In this document: positions 39,569 to 51,329 of the stretch, one piece after another
Layout: every line of letters begins with the position of its first letter
How positions within the stretch are numbered: the first letter of the stretch is position 1
Source of the DNA: Psammoneis japonica
Taxonomy: Eukaryota
Direction: 5' to 3'
Length of the DNA stretch: 64,000 nucleotides
NCBI GenBank assembly: GCA_008632985.1
Contig: QPGO01000100.1
Span: 114,388-178,387, forward strand
Translations under genes and position numbers: made by a program
Notes under the pieces: generated by a model
Seen by the model: only the letters and a program-made list of their open reading frames with translations
What the model was told of the DNA's origin: nothing
The model's database searches: none

Positions 39569-40444
39569 ATGTCGTCATCATCATCACCACCGCCACAGAA
39601 AAAACAAAAACAAACCAACGACAGAAAAGAAAGTTCTTCAGTGGCAACGTTGTTGAGACTCGATCCAGCCACGATTGCAGCGGATGCTTCCGATGCAAGC
39701 AGTCGCGAGAGACTCTTGGAGTTTGCCAGAGTACTTCAAGAGCAAGTTCTCATTTCCGCAGGTAAAGAGAAAAGCCAAGAGCAACAAATGACTACAACTA
39801 CTGAGGATGATGATTGTTCTCCTCCATCGGACAACAACAACAAGAACAACACGGAGTGCTGTACCGAATGCTCCGGTATGTTTCCTCAATCATCCTTGAC
39901 ACCGTGTTCTTGTTATTTTGAAGAAGACGGCTTCCGGACAGGCGTTCGAGTTTGCAAGACGTGCTTGATGGATCCGTCAAAACGTTCCAAGTTCAATTTT
40001 TGTCACTTGTGCAAAGATCTCACGTGTCGCGAATACAAGAACGGGTGCAATCCCATGAGTTGTGGCGACTGTAGCAATATCATGTGTAAACTTCACGTCA
40101 TTGATCCAAGGTGCAAAACGTGTTGGAGAAAGTGCATGTGTGGCAAAAAGCTGTGGTGCTCGGTTTGTACCAAGTCGATTGACGCCCAAGTCAAATCGGG
40201 ATTGACGACCGAGTGTGAGGATTGCAACCGAGTGGCGTGCGGATTTGAGGATTGCACCATTTACAAAAATTGCAGACTGTGTCGCAAACAATTGTGTGGG
40301 AATTGTGTGTTTCGAACCAAGTGTGACTGCGATGATACCATTCCTTTATGTGCCAAGTGCGAAGACACTTATAATTGCCCGAATCCCGACTGTCCGGGTC
40401 CCTCCGAAGATGCGGTAGGTTTGATCTTGTCCGAGTTGAGTTGA
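39569..40444 (+). CDS. Cysteine-rich (multiple CxxC) protein of unknown function
   Basis: 291-aa ORF with many CxxC pairs. Region retains TA and CG, so the Cys richness is not a conversion artefact. Confidence 0.7.
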   Translation: MSSSSSPPPQKKQKQTNDRKESSSVATLLRLDPATIAADASDASSRERLLEFARVLQEQVLISAGKEKSQEQQMTTTTEDDDCSPPSDNNNKNNTECCTECSGMFPQSSLTPCSCYFEEDGFRTGVRVCKTCLMDPSKRSKFNFCHLCKDLTCREYKNGCNPMSCGDCSNIMCKLHVIDPRCKTCWRKCMCGKKLWCSVCTKSIDAQVKSGLTTECEDCNRVACGFEDCTIYKNCRLCRKQLCGNCVFRTKCDCDDTIPLCAKCEDTYNCPNPDCPGPSEDAVGLILSELS

Positions 40445-40869
40445 GTCAATGGTAAAGGCTGGTTTGAAAGCTTGACTAGAGGTCGTGATTATGTGGTCCA
40501 TCAACGTCCTGCCTTGTCGCAGATCGAAGTTAAAATCTGATCGGGTACCTGCTTGTATGTTCGTCGTGTTCAGCACCCGATTTGTGTCGATTCTCCATTG
40601 CAGAACCCGCGAGTCATGATACAATGCATATTCAGCTTTAATAGAGAGCATTTGTCACAACTGTCACTGACACTGCACACTTTGGTTTATTGATTTTCAT
40701 CTAGTTGCCGGCACCATAAAGTAATAGTGCGAGTCTTCTTACGGCATATTTGAACTGCATCGTCAAATGGGCATTGCGTGTATAACAATGTAAGAGAGAT
40801 CTCAATGACGAAAGCAACTGGCATGCGCTGTCTGTGAGCAACGTAGCCATGGCCTACCACACTCTTCTA

Positions 40870-43800
40870 ACTAATTTGTCGTCTTTTTTTTGATGGACTG
40901 CTCAGTGTCAGAAGCTCAAATCATCAAACCAAAGTGTGTGGGCAGCAACTGTGGTTGTGACCATGTTGAATAATCAACAATGTGGCCTTGGATGGAAGTT
41001 TGGGCAAGTGCAGCAGGTGTGGACCCTGAATCACAGAGCCTTGCAATGAGTGATGGCCCAGTGAGGCTGCATCATGGGGTTGCTGAGAAACCCAATGATT
41101 CGCTGGAGTGTTTTCAGCTGTGCGGCAGTTTGGCTGACTTTGACTCATGAACACATCATCATTTGGGTTGCTGACAATCCAATGATGCAACGGTGAGAAA
41201 AGTCACTTGGCAAAGCCGGGCCCTGGCTCTGACAAGGTCTGCCATTTTGAGACTGTCCAAAGATGTCCCTGTCACTGGTCAATTGAGAAGGTCGTTGCAA
41301 GCCTGCTTTTCTGCAGGGAGAGTCTTTGGTTGTCAACTGGCATGGAGGACAGACAATGTGAGATCAAGGTCAATGGTGTGCATTCATGTGTGTCATGTGG
41401 GCATCAAACTGTGCACCACTTTGATGACACCAACAAATTTGTCAAGTGGTGCTTCAGCAAAGAAAATGTAAGATCAGCATCACTTGGCAGCAACAAGTGT
41501 TGTTAACTCCAGCAGATGCTGAACAAGTTCAACGACACAGCCCATCACTTTTAGCTTCTGGGACTGCCAGAAAGGCAATCTCAGCAGCAAATTCTCAGTC
41601 AACCACTTTGCTTTGGTGGAACAGCAAATGTGCTGTGGTCCATCTCAGCATTTGTCAAGGCAGTTGATGAGAGTTGCAAGCCTGTCAAACACTGCCAAGG
41701 CAGCTGGGAATGTGGTCCAACCAAAGCTCCTTCTCTGGCTGTTGTCCAAGCATGGTGCAGATGCCCAAGTCTCTTCTCTGCCAGCACCCACAACCAAATG
41801 TCCAGCCACAGTTGGTGGCTTCAATCCAAGTGCCGAGCCAGCTGCCAAGCATTCTTGCAGTGTTGCATGTGCTGGGGGACAGGCACGGGTGAGCCTGTTG
41901 CCAGAGTTGCTGGGTGGAAGTGCAGCAATGCCACTTCAAACAGATTTTGCACTTTTTGCAGCAGGAGTTGTGCATGTCATGGCACCCAAAAAGCATGGGT
42001 CAAGGAGGCAGTGGATCCAACCACAGGTGCCAGCTGGGGTGCTTGCAAGCTCCCCTTTGACAGAGGCAGTCAATGAAGCTCTTTTGACCCAACAGGGAAG
42101 GGAGGTGAGCCAAGAAAGTTGTGGGTTGTCACACATCTTTGATTGACATGGGCATGTGCACATCAAATGAGCAGCAAAAGATTGACTTGAAAAAAACATT
42201 GTTTGATTGTCCAGCTCCTTTTGGCAAAGTGCTGGCACACACAATGTTTGACCCAGATGCAAGGAGACACACCCAGATGTGGCTTGCTGGAGTTGCTGTT
42301 CCTCCAGGGTTGCTGGCTCCACCACCTGTGATGTGCAGCTGTGAAGATTGATGCTGTGCTGCTGCGCATGACAACCCATGTCATGACAAGTGCACTGGGA
42401 GCCATGTTGGACTTCAAGGCACCAGCACAGGGGGTGTTGTGCTGCAACCAGGTGGTCCTGCAGAACAGGGTGGCCTTGGTGTCCCGTCATGAACTGCCCA
42501 CCACACAGTTGTGCAGTGCTGCATGCCAACAATGAAGGGGCAGCACAGGTGATGTAAAATGAGTCAGAGGTGCCCCATCTGTCAGAGTGGCAGGCCTGCT
42601 GCAGCTGCCACAACTGGTGTGGTTGACAGCTTCAGGCAAGTGCCACAAGGGACCTGGGTGTTGCAAAGTGTTGAGACATCAAATGCAGTGGTTGAGACAA
42701 TGAATTGAAGGCCAGAGGTGGGCGGTCCACACCCAACTCTTCCAGGTCATGCTGCATCACTGAACAACAAGCTTCTTTTCACCAATTGCAGCTGTTCAGG
42801 GGGGCACAAACATGATTGCTTGGGTTTTCTGTGCTGTGCTGCATGGCATCCTTCTGAAACTGTGGATCTTGAAAAAGACAGTGGGCATTGTGGGACAGTG
42901 CAAACTGGCGCACATGCATTGGAGAGGGAATTCAAGGCCAGCAAGTGTGGTGTCTTGACAAGGAGGTGTGGGCCAGCATGACAAAGACACTGTCTCTTCA
43001 TTTGGCTCATGGTGGTTGTGAATTGCAGAGTCTTTGTGAAGCCACACTTGCCCTGGGGTGCCTTGCAACAGAAGAACATGATGTCCTGGTGCAGGTGAAC
43101 AGGCAGGTGGCTCTTTCTCACCATGATGACCAGATCCTCTTCCAGCACAGGATGAGGCTTCTTTTTGTGCCACTGAGACAACTTGAGGAGAATGACTGTC
43201 CTGAAGAAGAGAAACAACAGAAGCAAGGCAGGTGCTGTTGAGGTTTGTGAGCTCAGACAAAACATCAAAGGCAAAGCTCAAATCATCATCATCTCACAGT
43301 CACCACAGTCATCATCATCACCATCCATCAAAGTTGGTGAAGGAGAACTCAAAGTTTTCTTGATCATGACAAACCTGGTCAATGCCACATGTCAAGGACT
43401 CATCAGAGTTGTTGTCAGACTCATCATCCAAAGAATGTTGCCATTGGAAGGCAAACTGCATGCAAGGCTCTTTTGGCTCCAAAGGAGAGCACACTTCAAG
43501 GAAACTGTCACCTGGGCATTCATTTGTTTTTTGTTGTCAGCAACCTTGTTGTCATCCATGAGGAAGGACAAGGCCATTGTTGACTCAAAGAGCAGCACAT
43601 CTGTGGGGCAATCATTGGGTGAGACATTGTCATTCACAGACTCATGGTTCTCAGCTGAGGTGATGAGGCTGCTCTCCAGGACAACAGTGGTGTCTTTGTG
43701 AGGAGGTGATGCCATTGATTCTCAGAAAAGTGGAGAGGTCAAGGGATGACAAAAGAGGGGAGCTCTTGATCAAATGTGAGATTGAGAAGCTGTCAGAAGC

Positions 43801-45260
43801 AAATGTTGCAAACAAGTGCTTGGGGTTCAGGCACCTGCAGTCCACCATTGTCAAAAAAGGCTGGGGAGTGGTTCCCATGACAGGGCAAGCAATGTCAGAG
43901 AGCAGACCTGCCAATGAGACAAAAAGAGCAACAGTCTTGAGCTGCTGGGGTTGCCAGGCAGCTGCACAAAAAGGTGCAGAAGAAAACCAAGCAACAGAGT
44001 CAAACAAGAGAAACAAGTTTGGACATGGGATGGGGAAGAATGCTGAGTGAAGCAAAGCCCTGCTTTGGTTTGGGACAAGAATGGGTTGCAACTTGGCGCC
44101 AAATCTACAGGCAATGCTGCAGCAAAAAAGATGTTGGTTGTGGTGTGCTGCAAACATGATTTTGAGCAAAGTGTTGTGCTCCATTTCAGGCCATTGTTGA
44201 GCACAATTTGCAATGCAATGTTTTGAATGGTGATGTGACCACACTTGCTCAATGTTGCAGCACCGTGCTTGACGCTTGCACTGCAGAAAAAGGGCTGTGT
44301 TGTGAGCCAAGCACACTCCAGCCACAGATGGGCTTCTTTTGGCATCTTGTGGTGCATCTGATGAGTTCCTTCTTGCACAGGTGGAACAGATGCAACTCTG
44401 CAACAGGTCCTTCCATTGACTCTTCTGTGGACACAAGTGTGGCGCTGAACATGATGGACCATGCTGCTGGGTGCTTCGAGCAAATGCAAAATGAAGCAGT
44501 GCCTGCTGTTTTTTCACCTGCTGCTGACCTGCCAAGCACCGCAGAAGCATGAAAATCACACAGCAACAGCAGTTGGTGCTCTCTCATTTGCTTTTCAGCT
44601 TGCTCATGACAGCAAGCAGACCTTTCATCTGCTCGATTGCTGAGGGGGGGGGGGGGGGCTGCACTGTCCGCACCCTGCACGGCATTGGCGCGGCTCTTTT
44701 CAGAGTGCTGGCTCTGACAGTGCTGGTGCACTGGGCTGCACACAAACCTGTTCCACCTGCCACCTCTCATTGGAGACCTCAAGCTGGTCAGCACCTGAAT
44801 TTGAGTGCACTTTGCAACAAAGTTGGCTGCTCTCTCTTTGATCTGTGTGGTGGATGTGGCACAAAAAATGATCAGAGGGTCAATTTTCCGACATGCTCAA
44901 AAACTCAAAATGGGCCCAACCTTCTAATTTTTGAGAATGCATTCACTGACAGCTCATTTCCTCATTGTTCTTGCCACACACACATGTGTGGAACTGTGGC
45001 CAAAATTCCATGTGCAATGTGTGTGCCCCCGGTCTTTTGTGCTGTTCCCAGCAACCAACACAGCTGGTCACTTGACACCTGACCACACCCAACCATTTCA
45101 AGCATGCTTTGATGATTCTGTCTGATGGTTTTAGAGTGTTGATCAACGTCAGGTGGCTTTCACAGCGTTCGACATGACAACAGAAGATGCAATGCTGGTT
45201 GTTGCACTTTTCTACAGCAGCATGGAGAATGACCGCAAAATGACTGTGACCCAAAAATCT
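40870..45260. other. TpA/CpG-depleted degenerate block 2
   Basis: Same composition as block 1; no family recognised with confidence. Confidence 0.92.
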
Positions 45261-45395
45261 TCACCCCTATCCAAGCTGTTTTATGTTGTTCAGCACACAG
45301 GGTTCTGACCTGTTGGCAAAAAGAGACACCAATGCATACAAGGAGGATGGTACTTCTACGAACCACCCCTTAAGAAACGCCATGAGATAGATGCT

Positions 45396-46718
45396 ATGAA
45401 AAGGCTGCCCTTTAACATCTCCCGAGACAATCGGCCTTCCGAAAGCAAGAGTTACCTTCCTGTGAAAGTTCACGAGTCAGCGGGGGAGAGCTACGAGGAC
45501 GAGAATGAGGAACATCCGGACGACTTTGAAGACGAAGATGCCATTGCCGTTGTACCAGTCTCCTTGTGGACAATGACAGTCACAACAAACCGGATCACTC
45601 AAACAAGACGCTTTTTTCTGACGCTCTTTGTCGCCTTGTCTGTCTTGCTGGTTCTGAAACTTCATCACGACGATGTTCTCTTGTCGAACCAGCAACCGCC
45701 ACCATCGCCGACCAGCAACGAGACCACTGTTTTGTCAACCAAAGATGAACCAACCTCTTCAGCATTTGGAGGGGTAGAGGAAACGACATTTAATGAATAT
45801 TTTTACTACAACCTTTCCTGTCCCTTGGAATGGTCGAAGTATTCTTGCTCTCATCACGGGCACCTCCATCTCGCCGAAGACAGCCTCCAAGAAGCAAGGC
45901 AGCACCAAAATGTTATGGAAGAAATATTTCAGACAGGTCTCCCGCCAAAATCTCGCGTCTTGCTCGTTGGTGACTCGACCATGAGGCAATTGATCATCGC
46001 CATGGGGTGTGTGGCTCTTTCCATTGACCCAGCGGTCGAGTACACGGCGGATTGGCGGCCAAAGTGGCGCTGCCACGGAACGCCTAATTGTGTACAGGGT
46101 GGGCAACATAGCGGATTTGCGCGGGCGTCTCTCCGCTTTCCCAACGGCGCCGAAGTTCACTTTGTACCATTGGGAGGATCGATCAACGGAATTGGAGAGG
46201 AGAAAAACATTGTTCGCAGGTTTTCGAAGCAAGTCGCCGAGGAAGGACGAATAACTTTTGGTCCTAATACTGCATTCCCAATTGAGCCAGACGCGGCCTA
46301 TCTCAATAGATCGGATACCTTAATTCTAAACATTGGGCTGCATAACAGGCTGGGGAGTATCCCGGGCACTTTGAAGGAGCTTGCCGACTTTGCAGACGCC
46401 CTCCGACTCCAGCAGAATCGCCCGAAAATTGTTTACATGACAACCCTCACGCAACACTTTGACACTCCTAATGGCCAGTACAACAAAGCCCTAAAGGGCA
46501 ACGAAGGCGTTTGCTTAACGGAAATCGATGTGAACCCTCGCGCGGAGCTGGAAAGGGAAATTCTGCACGGTCACGTGGATCAACTCGTTGATTACGATGA
46601 TGTCCAGATGGGTAGCTATCACATTGGAGGACGCGATTGCACTCATTACTGTATGCCAGGGCCTCCAGACTACGTGGCGGCCCGACTTATGCAGGCGGCG
46701 CAGCAGCCTCACCCGTAA
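45396..46718 (+). CDS. TBL / PC-esterase family polysaccharide O-acetyltransferase-like protein
   Basis: Type II TM anchor; VLLVGDSTMRQ and DCTHYCMPGPPD motifs. Confidence 0.88.
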   Translation: MKRLPFNISRDNRPSESKSYLPVKVHESAGESYEDENEEHPDDFEDEDAIAVVPVSLWTMTVTTNRITQTRRFFLTLFVALSVLLVLKLHHDDVLLSNQQPPPSPTSNETTVLSTKDEPTSSAFGGVEETTFNEYFYYNLSCPLEWSKYSCSHHGHLHLAEDSLQEARQHQNVMEEIFQTGLPPKSRVLLVGDSTMRQLIIAMGCVALSIDPAVEYTADWRPKWRCHGTPNCVQGGQHSGFARASLRFPNGAEVHFVPLGGSINGIGEEKNIVRRFSKQVAEEGRITFGPNTAFPIEPDAAYLNRSDTLILNIGLHNRLGSIPGTLKELADFADALRLQQNRPKIVYMTTLTQHFDTPNGQYNKALKGNEGVCLTEIDVNPRAELEREILHGHVDQLVDYDDVQMGSYHIGGRDCTHYCMPGPPDYVAARLMQAAQQPHP

Positions 46719-46799
46719 CTATCTATAGTTTTTCTTTTTTACGAGTTTTAACACTTTTTACTGCAAAGTGTTACGGGTCGTCAACCACAGATAAAAGGC

Positions 46800-48520
46800 C
46801 CAACACGAGTGGCGGGCCCAGGAGGATGCCAGGAGCAGTTGCCGCCATAGTGAGCCTTGGACTACCACATGTTTTGGCACGCCCATGCTGAATCATGTTG
46901 TGCTCTTTGGAAAACAGCAGAGCCCTGTCAGCTCGCAAAGATCACCCAACCAAAGCCTGCCCGGCTCACTGCCTTCATCCGGGAAGCAGCGTCTGGCATT
47001 GTCATTGATTCTGAGTTTGTTTTTGTGCTGAGGAGAGGCACCAACATTGCATGATGCCAAAGGTCAACCCCCTGGTTTTGCCTCAGAAGCACCTGAAGTG
47101 GAGTTGATGGGTCCCATGCCATGAGCCCCTGCATGACTCACAGGACCCTGCAGAGGGTGTGGATTTGCCAAAAAAAAACCTTGTGCAGAGCTTGTGCCAA
47201 GAGAGCTGCTCTTTCCAAGTGCTCTGGTGTGTCAAGTCACTCCTCAGTGGTTCTTGGCTGGGACATCTGGAGTTCCAAGTTGAGTTGGTGGGTTGCTGTC
47301 TGTCAATTCAAACCCTCTTCATGCTCCAGTTCACACCACATGGATGTGAGCCCCACAGCAAGGCTGCCCAACAAGCATTGAGTCCCAGATTGATCCACTT
47401 GGATGAGAGTCCCTCTGGGCCAAGATGGCTTCAGGCCCAAGAAGCAGCAGCTGGCATCACCACTGGTCCTGAGCTCACACTTGCACTGGCTGGGAGAGGC
47501 ACCAACAATGTTGCACAATGACAAAGGTCACTCTCCCTCAATTTTGTCTCACACAAGTGCCCAACAAAGTGGAGCTGGTGGGTCCTGTGCCATGAGCCCC
47601 TGTGCAACACACAGGACCCTGTGGAGGGCATGGAGCCAATTTGCGCACACTCTTGAGCAGGGTCATTTGCTCCCCCTCCCCCTCACACACACACCAGCTC
47701 CTCAGTTTGACAACACTCACCCTGAAACAGCATGTCTGGAGCAAGAATTTGCCATGATGAAGGAGAGTCTGTTCTTTGAGCAATGAAAGCAGTTCCTTCT
47801 TTGGCTTGAGGTCAGGAACTCTCAAGAAGAGGGGGCTTTGCCTCAACCACCCTTGGTCAGGTTTCTTGTGCAGATGACTGGTGAGCATTTGACCCCCAAA
47901 ACCACTTCCCCTTGCCATGGCAGGTGCGATGGGCACTGGCCCCAGAATGTTTGCTTCAAGTGCTGGGAGACACCTGAGGCATGAATGCAAGGAAATCGTC
48001 AGAGATGGCACAGATCAGGTTGGACCTGGCGTGCTGGTTTTAAAAATCTCAGTTTGCAAGCTGAGGGCAGGCAGACTGTCAAGTGTCCAAGAAAATTTGG
48101 CAAAAGCTTTTTAAAAGCACATGTTGGACATGGCTTGGTTTGGAAAGTGCCGGTGGAGGCTGCCACCCTTGTGCTCTGGCAGCACTTTTTGCACTGAAGC
48201 AGCAAGCAAAGAGATGCAAAAACTTTGCTGCAAACTTGTGCTTAGAAACACAAGGAGGACATCGTTGCCAGCAGTGGCATCACAGACACTGGCAGCAACC
48301 CAGCGCGACAAACACAAACACAGTGTGTGCTCATGCTGTGACCCAGAGCTGAATCTCCCTGTCATCAGCAGCGTGTTTCAGCAACAATGACAACAACTGC
48401 TGTGCTGCCCCACCTCAAGCATTTCCTTTCTTCTCCTTCCAATGCAACACACCACCACTTGCTCAACTCCCTCAATGGCAACACTGGGTGGACATGAGAC
48501 TGGAACTCATCCTTGTCCTT
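46800..48520. other. TpA/CpG-depleted degenerate block 3
   Basis: Same composition; internal ~47-bp direct repeat at 47111 and 47583. Confidence 0.9.
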
Positions 48521-48751
48521 CCGGGCGGGTTCGTCGGTCATCGTACATTTTGAATTTGTCCTTTTTGTGTCATACTGGCATCATGTAGAATCTACAGAAT
48601 CGATCATTCTCCGGGTTCGTTGAGCTCACAACTTTTGAACTTGAACACGTCATCCATCATCGCTCTCGTTTTGAGCATCACCCAGGCATCACCATGAGAA
48701 ATCAGAAGACTACTGTACTACTCTTATCATGCATGAAATAACAGCAGCAAC

Positions 48752-49966
48752 ATGACGACATCTGATACATTGCTCCTGTTCTCTCTTCTGGTTGCATTTT
48801 TCCAGTCTTCAGCTTTTACTATTCCAACAAACAATAGACAGGCAAATTCCCATCGATCGTCGGCATTGAACGCCGAGAAACGACCGGTAGTTGTTGTGGG
48901 GAGAGTGGATCATGTTGGCGGTGAACCACTTCAAGTGGTTGGGAGCGCATCGGCAGCCATGGTGGGAGCCGCTTTGGCCTTGAGCGCACGTGACTTGTTA
49001 AAGGGCGATTTGAGACTTCCTACGCAAGAGACGCCACCTCCAGCTCAACCAATAACAATGCTAACATCGATTGATCAGAACGCACCTGCTGCAATTGAAG
49101 ATTCGCTGTATGAATACTTGGAAGAGACTTTGTGGGATTCTCCTGCTCTCCTTGTTCGACGAACACAAAACAAGGAATATCCTGTAATTGCCGATTATGA
49201 AAGCTGTCTCAATCAACGATTCGATAATCAGGCCTGGAACAACCGACCAATTTTACATGTTGTCATGGAAGGAGGAACTGCTGCTGAAGCCCTATTAGAT
49301 CAACAGCTTCGGGATGATGTTTTCTTTTTGGGTATAGAGCCAGTTGTCCCCTTTGAGAATAACGGGGTCGTTTCACCAGAAATGGCGCAACAATGTGGCT
49401 CGATATTGCAGCGCATCCTTGACTTTTACCAGACGGACCAGGAGGCCGCAGCCGTATCCTTGGATTCACCCTTACTTCTCAGCATGTTGCAAGCAAATTG
49501 TTTGCCAAAGTCGTCGACAAACAGGGACTCTTTTGCGGTGCATCCGAGTGGCTCACAGAGAGGGGAGAGTTCTACCGGCCTCCTCGTCGAGTATTTGTAC
49601 GACTATGATAATGCCTTTGGAGGAACGGACCCCCTGTCGTGTCCAACCAACGAGTTTAGTATTCCGGTGCCCTATGAACCATCAAGCAAGAATACTCCCA
49701 GGATGTTGTCAAAGGCGGGAAGCAATGCCGCCGCTGCTGCGTATACAGTTTTGCGAGGTCATGGAATGGAGTCTGTCTTGTCCATGTGTATTGCAGCAAG
49801 TATTGAAGCGTTATTTTGGGAGATGCAGCAACATTCCTCTTTTGAATGTCCTCCTTATACATGGAGTAGCATTGAGAGAGTTGCTACTCTCAGTGAGCAA
49901 GTGCGAGATTACGTACGGGAAGAACAAGTAGTACGGCAAAGGTACATTGAATTCGGCTATAAATAA
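48752..49966 (+). CDS. Hypothetical protein with bipartite plastid-type presequence
   Basis: 404-aa ORF; signal peptide ending SSA-FTIP (ASAFAP-like). Confidence 0.75.
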   Translation: MTTSDTLLLFSLLVAFFQSSAFTIPTNNRQANSHRSSALNAEKRPVVVVGRVDHVGGEPLQVVGSASAAMVGAALALSARDLLKGDLRLPTQETPPPAQPITMLTSIDQNAPAAIEDSLYEYLEETLWDSPALLVRRTQNKEYPVIADYESCLNQRFDNQAWNNRPILHVVMEGGTAAEALLDQQLRDDVFFLGIEPVVPFENNGVVSPEMAQQCGSILQRILDFYQTDQEAAAVSLDSPLLLSMLQANCLPKSSTNRDSFAVHPSGSQRGESSTGLLVEYLYDYDNAFGGTDPLSCPTNEFSIPVPYEPSSKNTPRMLSKAGSNAAAAAYTVLRGHGMESVLSMCIAASIEALFWEMQQHSSFECPPYTWSSIERVATLSEQVRDYVREEQVVRQRYIEFGYK

Positions 49967-50142
49967 CACCTTATTCTTTTGCAATCGTGTGTTGTGATAT
50001 TGTTTGTGCTTTTATTGATTGACTACATGATCACTTCTACAAGGAGAAAACTCCGCGGGGTGATGCCCTCACACCTTTCTTTCACTTCGTTTGGATAATC
50101 AAGCCAAGAACCGTCGAGGAACCAAGCGCTTCTTATTCGCCA

Positions 50143-51126
50143 TCAAACCGACACTTGCGTCGACAAATAGTTGGCCAACTCTTGGTGCCCAGTTGGATTG
50201 GGATGCCAAGCGTCAGTGATTGAACTTGTCTCAAATTCCCACATCCAGCCATCGGGATTCTGAACAAAAAGTTTCGGGTCGATCTCGTGTCCAGCAAAGA
50301 GGCTCATTGTGTCCACAGACTGAAAGGTCGGACCATTAGGGATCGCGTTGGCAGTGGCGACAGCTCGTTCAAAGGTCGCCTTCTGCTCGTCTGCAAAGGT
50401 ACGGTATTCCTTGCGCATATTGATGGCAATGAAAAAGCCAAACAACCAGTCGTTTTTGTCTAGCACAAGGTGCGGGTAGTTGACCATGGCCACTGTGGCT
50501 TGGCTGGACAATTTCGTCGCAAGCTCAGAGAACATGGCATCAAGTTGGTCCTCAACAGCGGGTAAGGTGGCAGTGGCTTCCGCTAGCTCCTTTCTGCAAT
50601 TGCGTGCATTTCGTGTGATGAGGCAGGCTCTGGTCATCTCGGGAAACCCAGCATCATTGCCGCCAACCGAAATGAGCACCAGGTCGGTGGACGCGTCGAC
50701 AGCCTCGATCTGTTTCTTCAAGTACCGAGTGCACAACAAGCCTTCTTTCTCAAACTCTTCATCTTGGTTTTCCGGAGGACAAGAACCAAGAAATGTGTTC
50801 TTCTCTCTGCGATTGGTGATGTCCTCGACTCGTCCATTGTAACAAGCTCGATTGACAAAAGAGTCAGCAGCAGCAAGCGAGTCGGCATGCTGGCTAGCCC
50901 AACCAGTAGGGCTCCGAGCACAGCCACTCGGCCCATCGTAATTTTCCTTTCCAAACTCGTCGCGCGCTCCGGTTCCAGAGGCAAATGAATCGCCAAGTGC
51001 CACCACATTGAGGGCGACCGAGACATGAGGACACAAGAACAACATCGGCATTAACAGTCCCACAGACAGCGATGCGGCTTTCACTGCTTTGATTGCTGAT
51101 GAGACGGTGTTCATAGAGTCTGACAT
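50143..51126 (-). CDS. Secreted SGNH/GDSL hydrolase (SEST-like), copy A
   Basis: ALGDSFASG, NRACYNG, SVGGNDAGF, DAWHPNPTGH; signal peptide. Confidence 0.9.
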   Translation of the reverse strand: MSDSMNTVSSAIKAVKAASLSVGLLMPMLFLCPHVSVALNVVALGDSFASGTGARDEFGKENYDGPSGCARSPTGWASQHADSLAAADSFVNRACYNGRVEDITNRREKNTFLGSCPPENQDEEFEKEGLLCTRYLKKQIEAVDASTDLVLISVGGNDAGFPEMTRACLITRNARNCRKELAEATATLPAVEDQLDAMFSELATKLSSQATVAMVNYPHLVLDKNDWLFGFFIAINMRKEYRTFADEQKATFERAVATANAIPNGPTFQSVDTMSLFAGHEIDPKLFVQNPDGWMWEFETSSITDAWHPNPTGHQELANYLSTQVSV

Positions 51127-51329
51127 GTTGTCAACCGAACAATCTGTGTTTATGTGGCACAATGGGTGCCAATCAATGCAACAAAAGTGGGTTCGATGAA
51201 GCAGCCTCCACCCATGCGGTGATTTATTCCAAAACGTGACGTTGCGTTCCTCACAGTCCGTTGCTTGCGCTTGTTTTTTAGTTTTACTTGCTCGGGTGTG
51301 CACCGTTTAGGCCCTGTAGGATGACGTGG

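Noticed and set aside
40870..45260. Contaminant or horizontally acquired DNA with vertebrate-like composition
   Set aside because: Block borders grade into normal sequence, and the same signature affects copies of local genes. No TE family could be assigned here with confidence.
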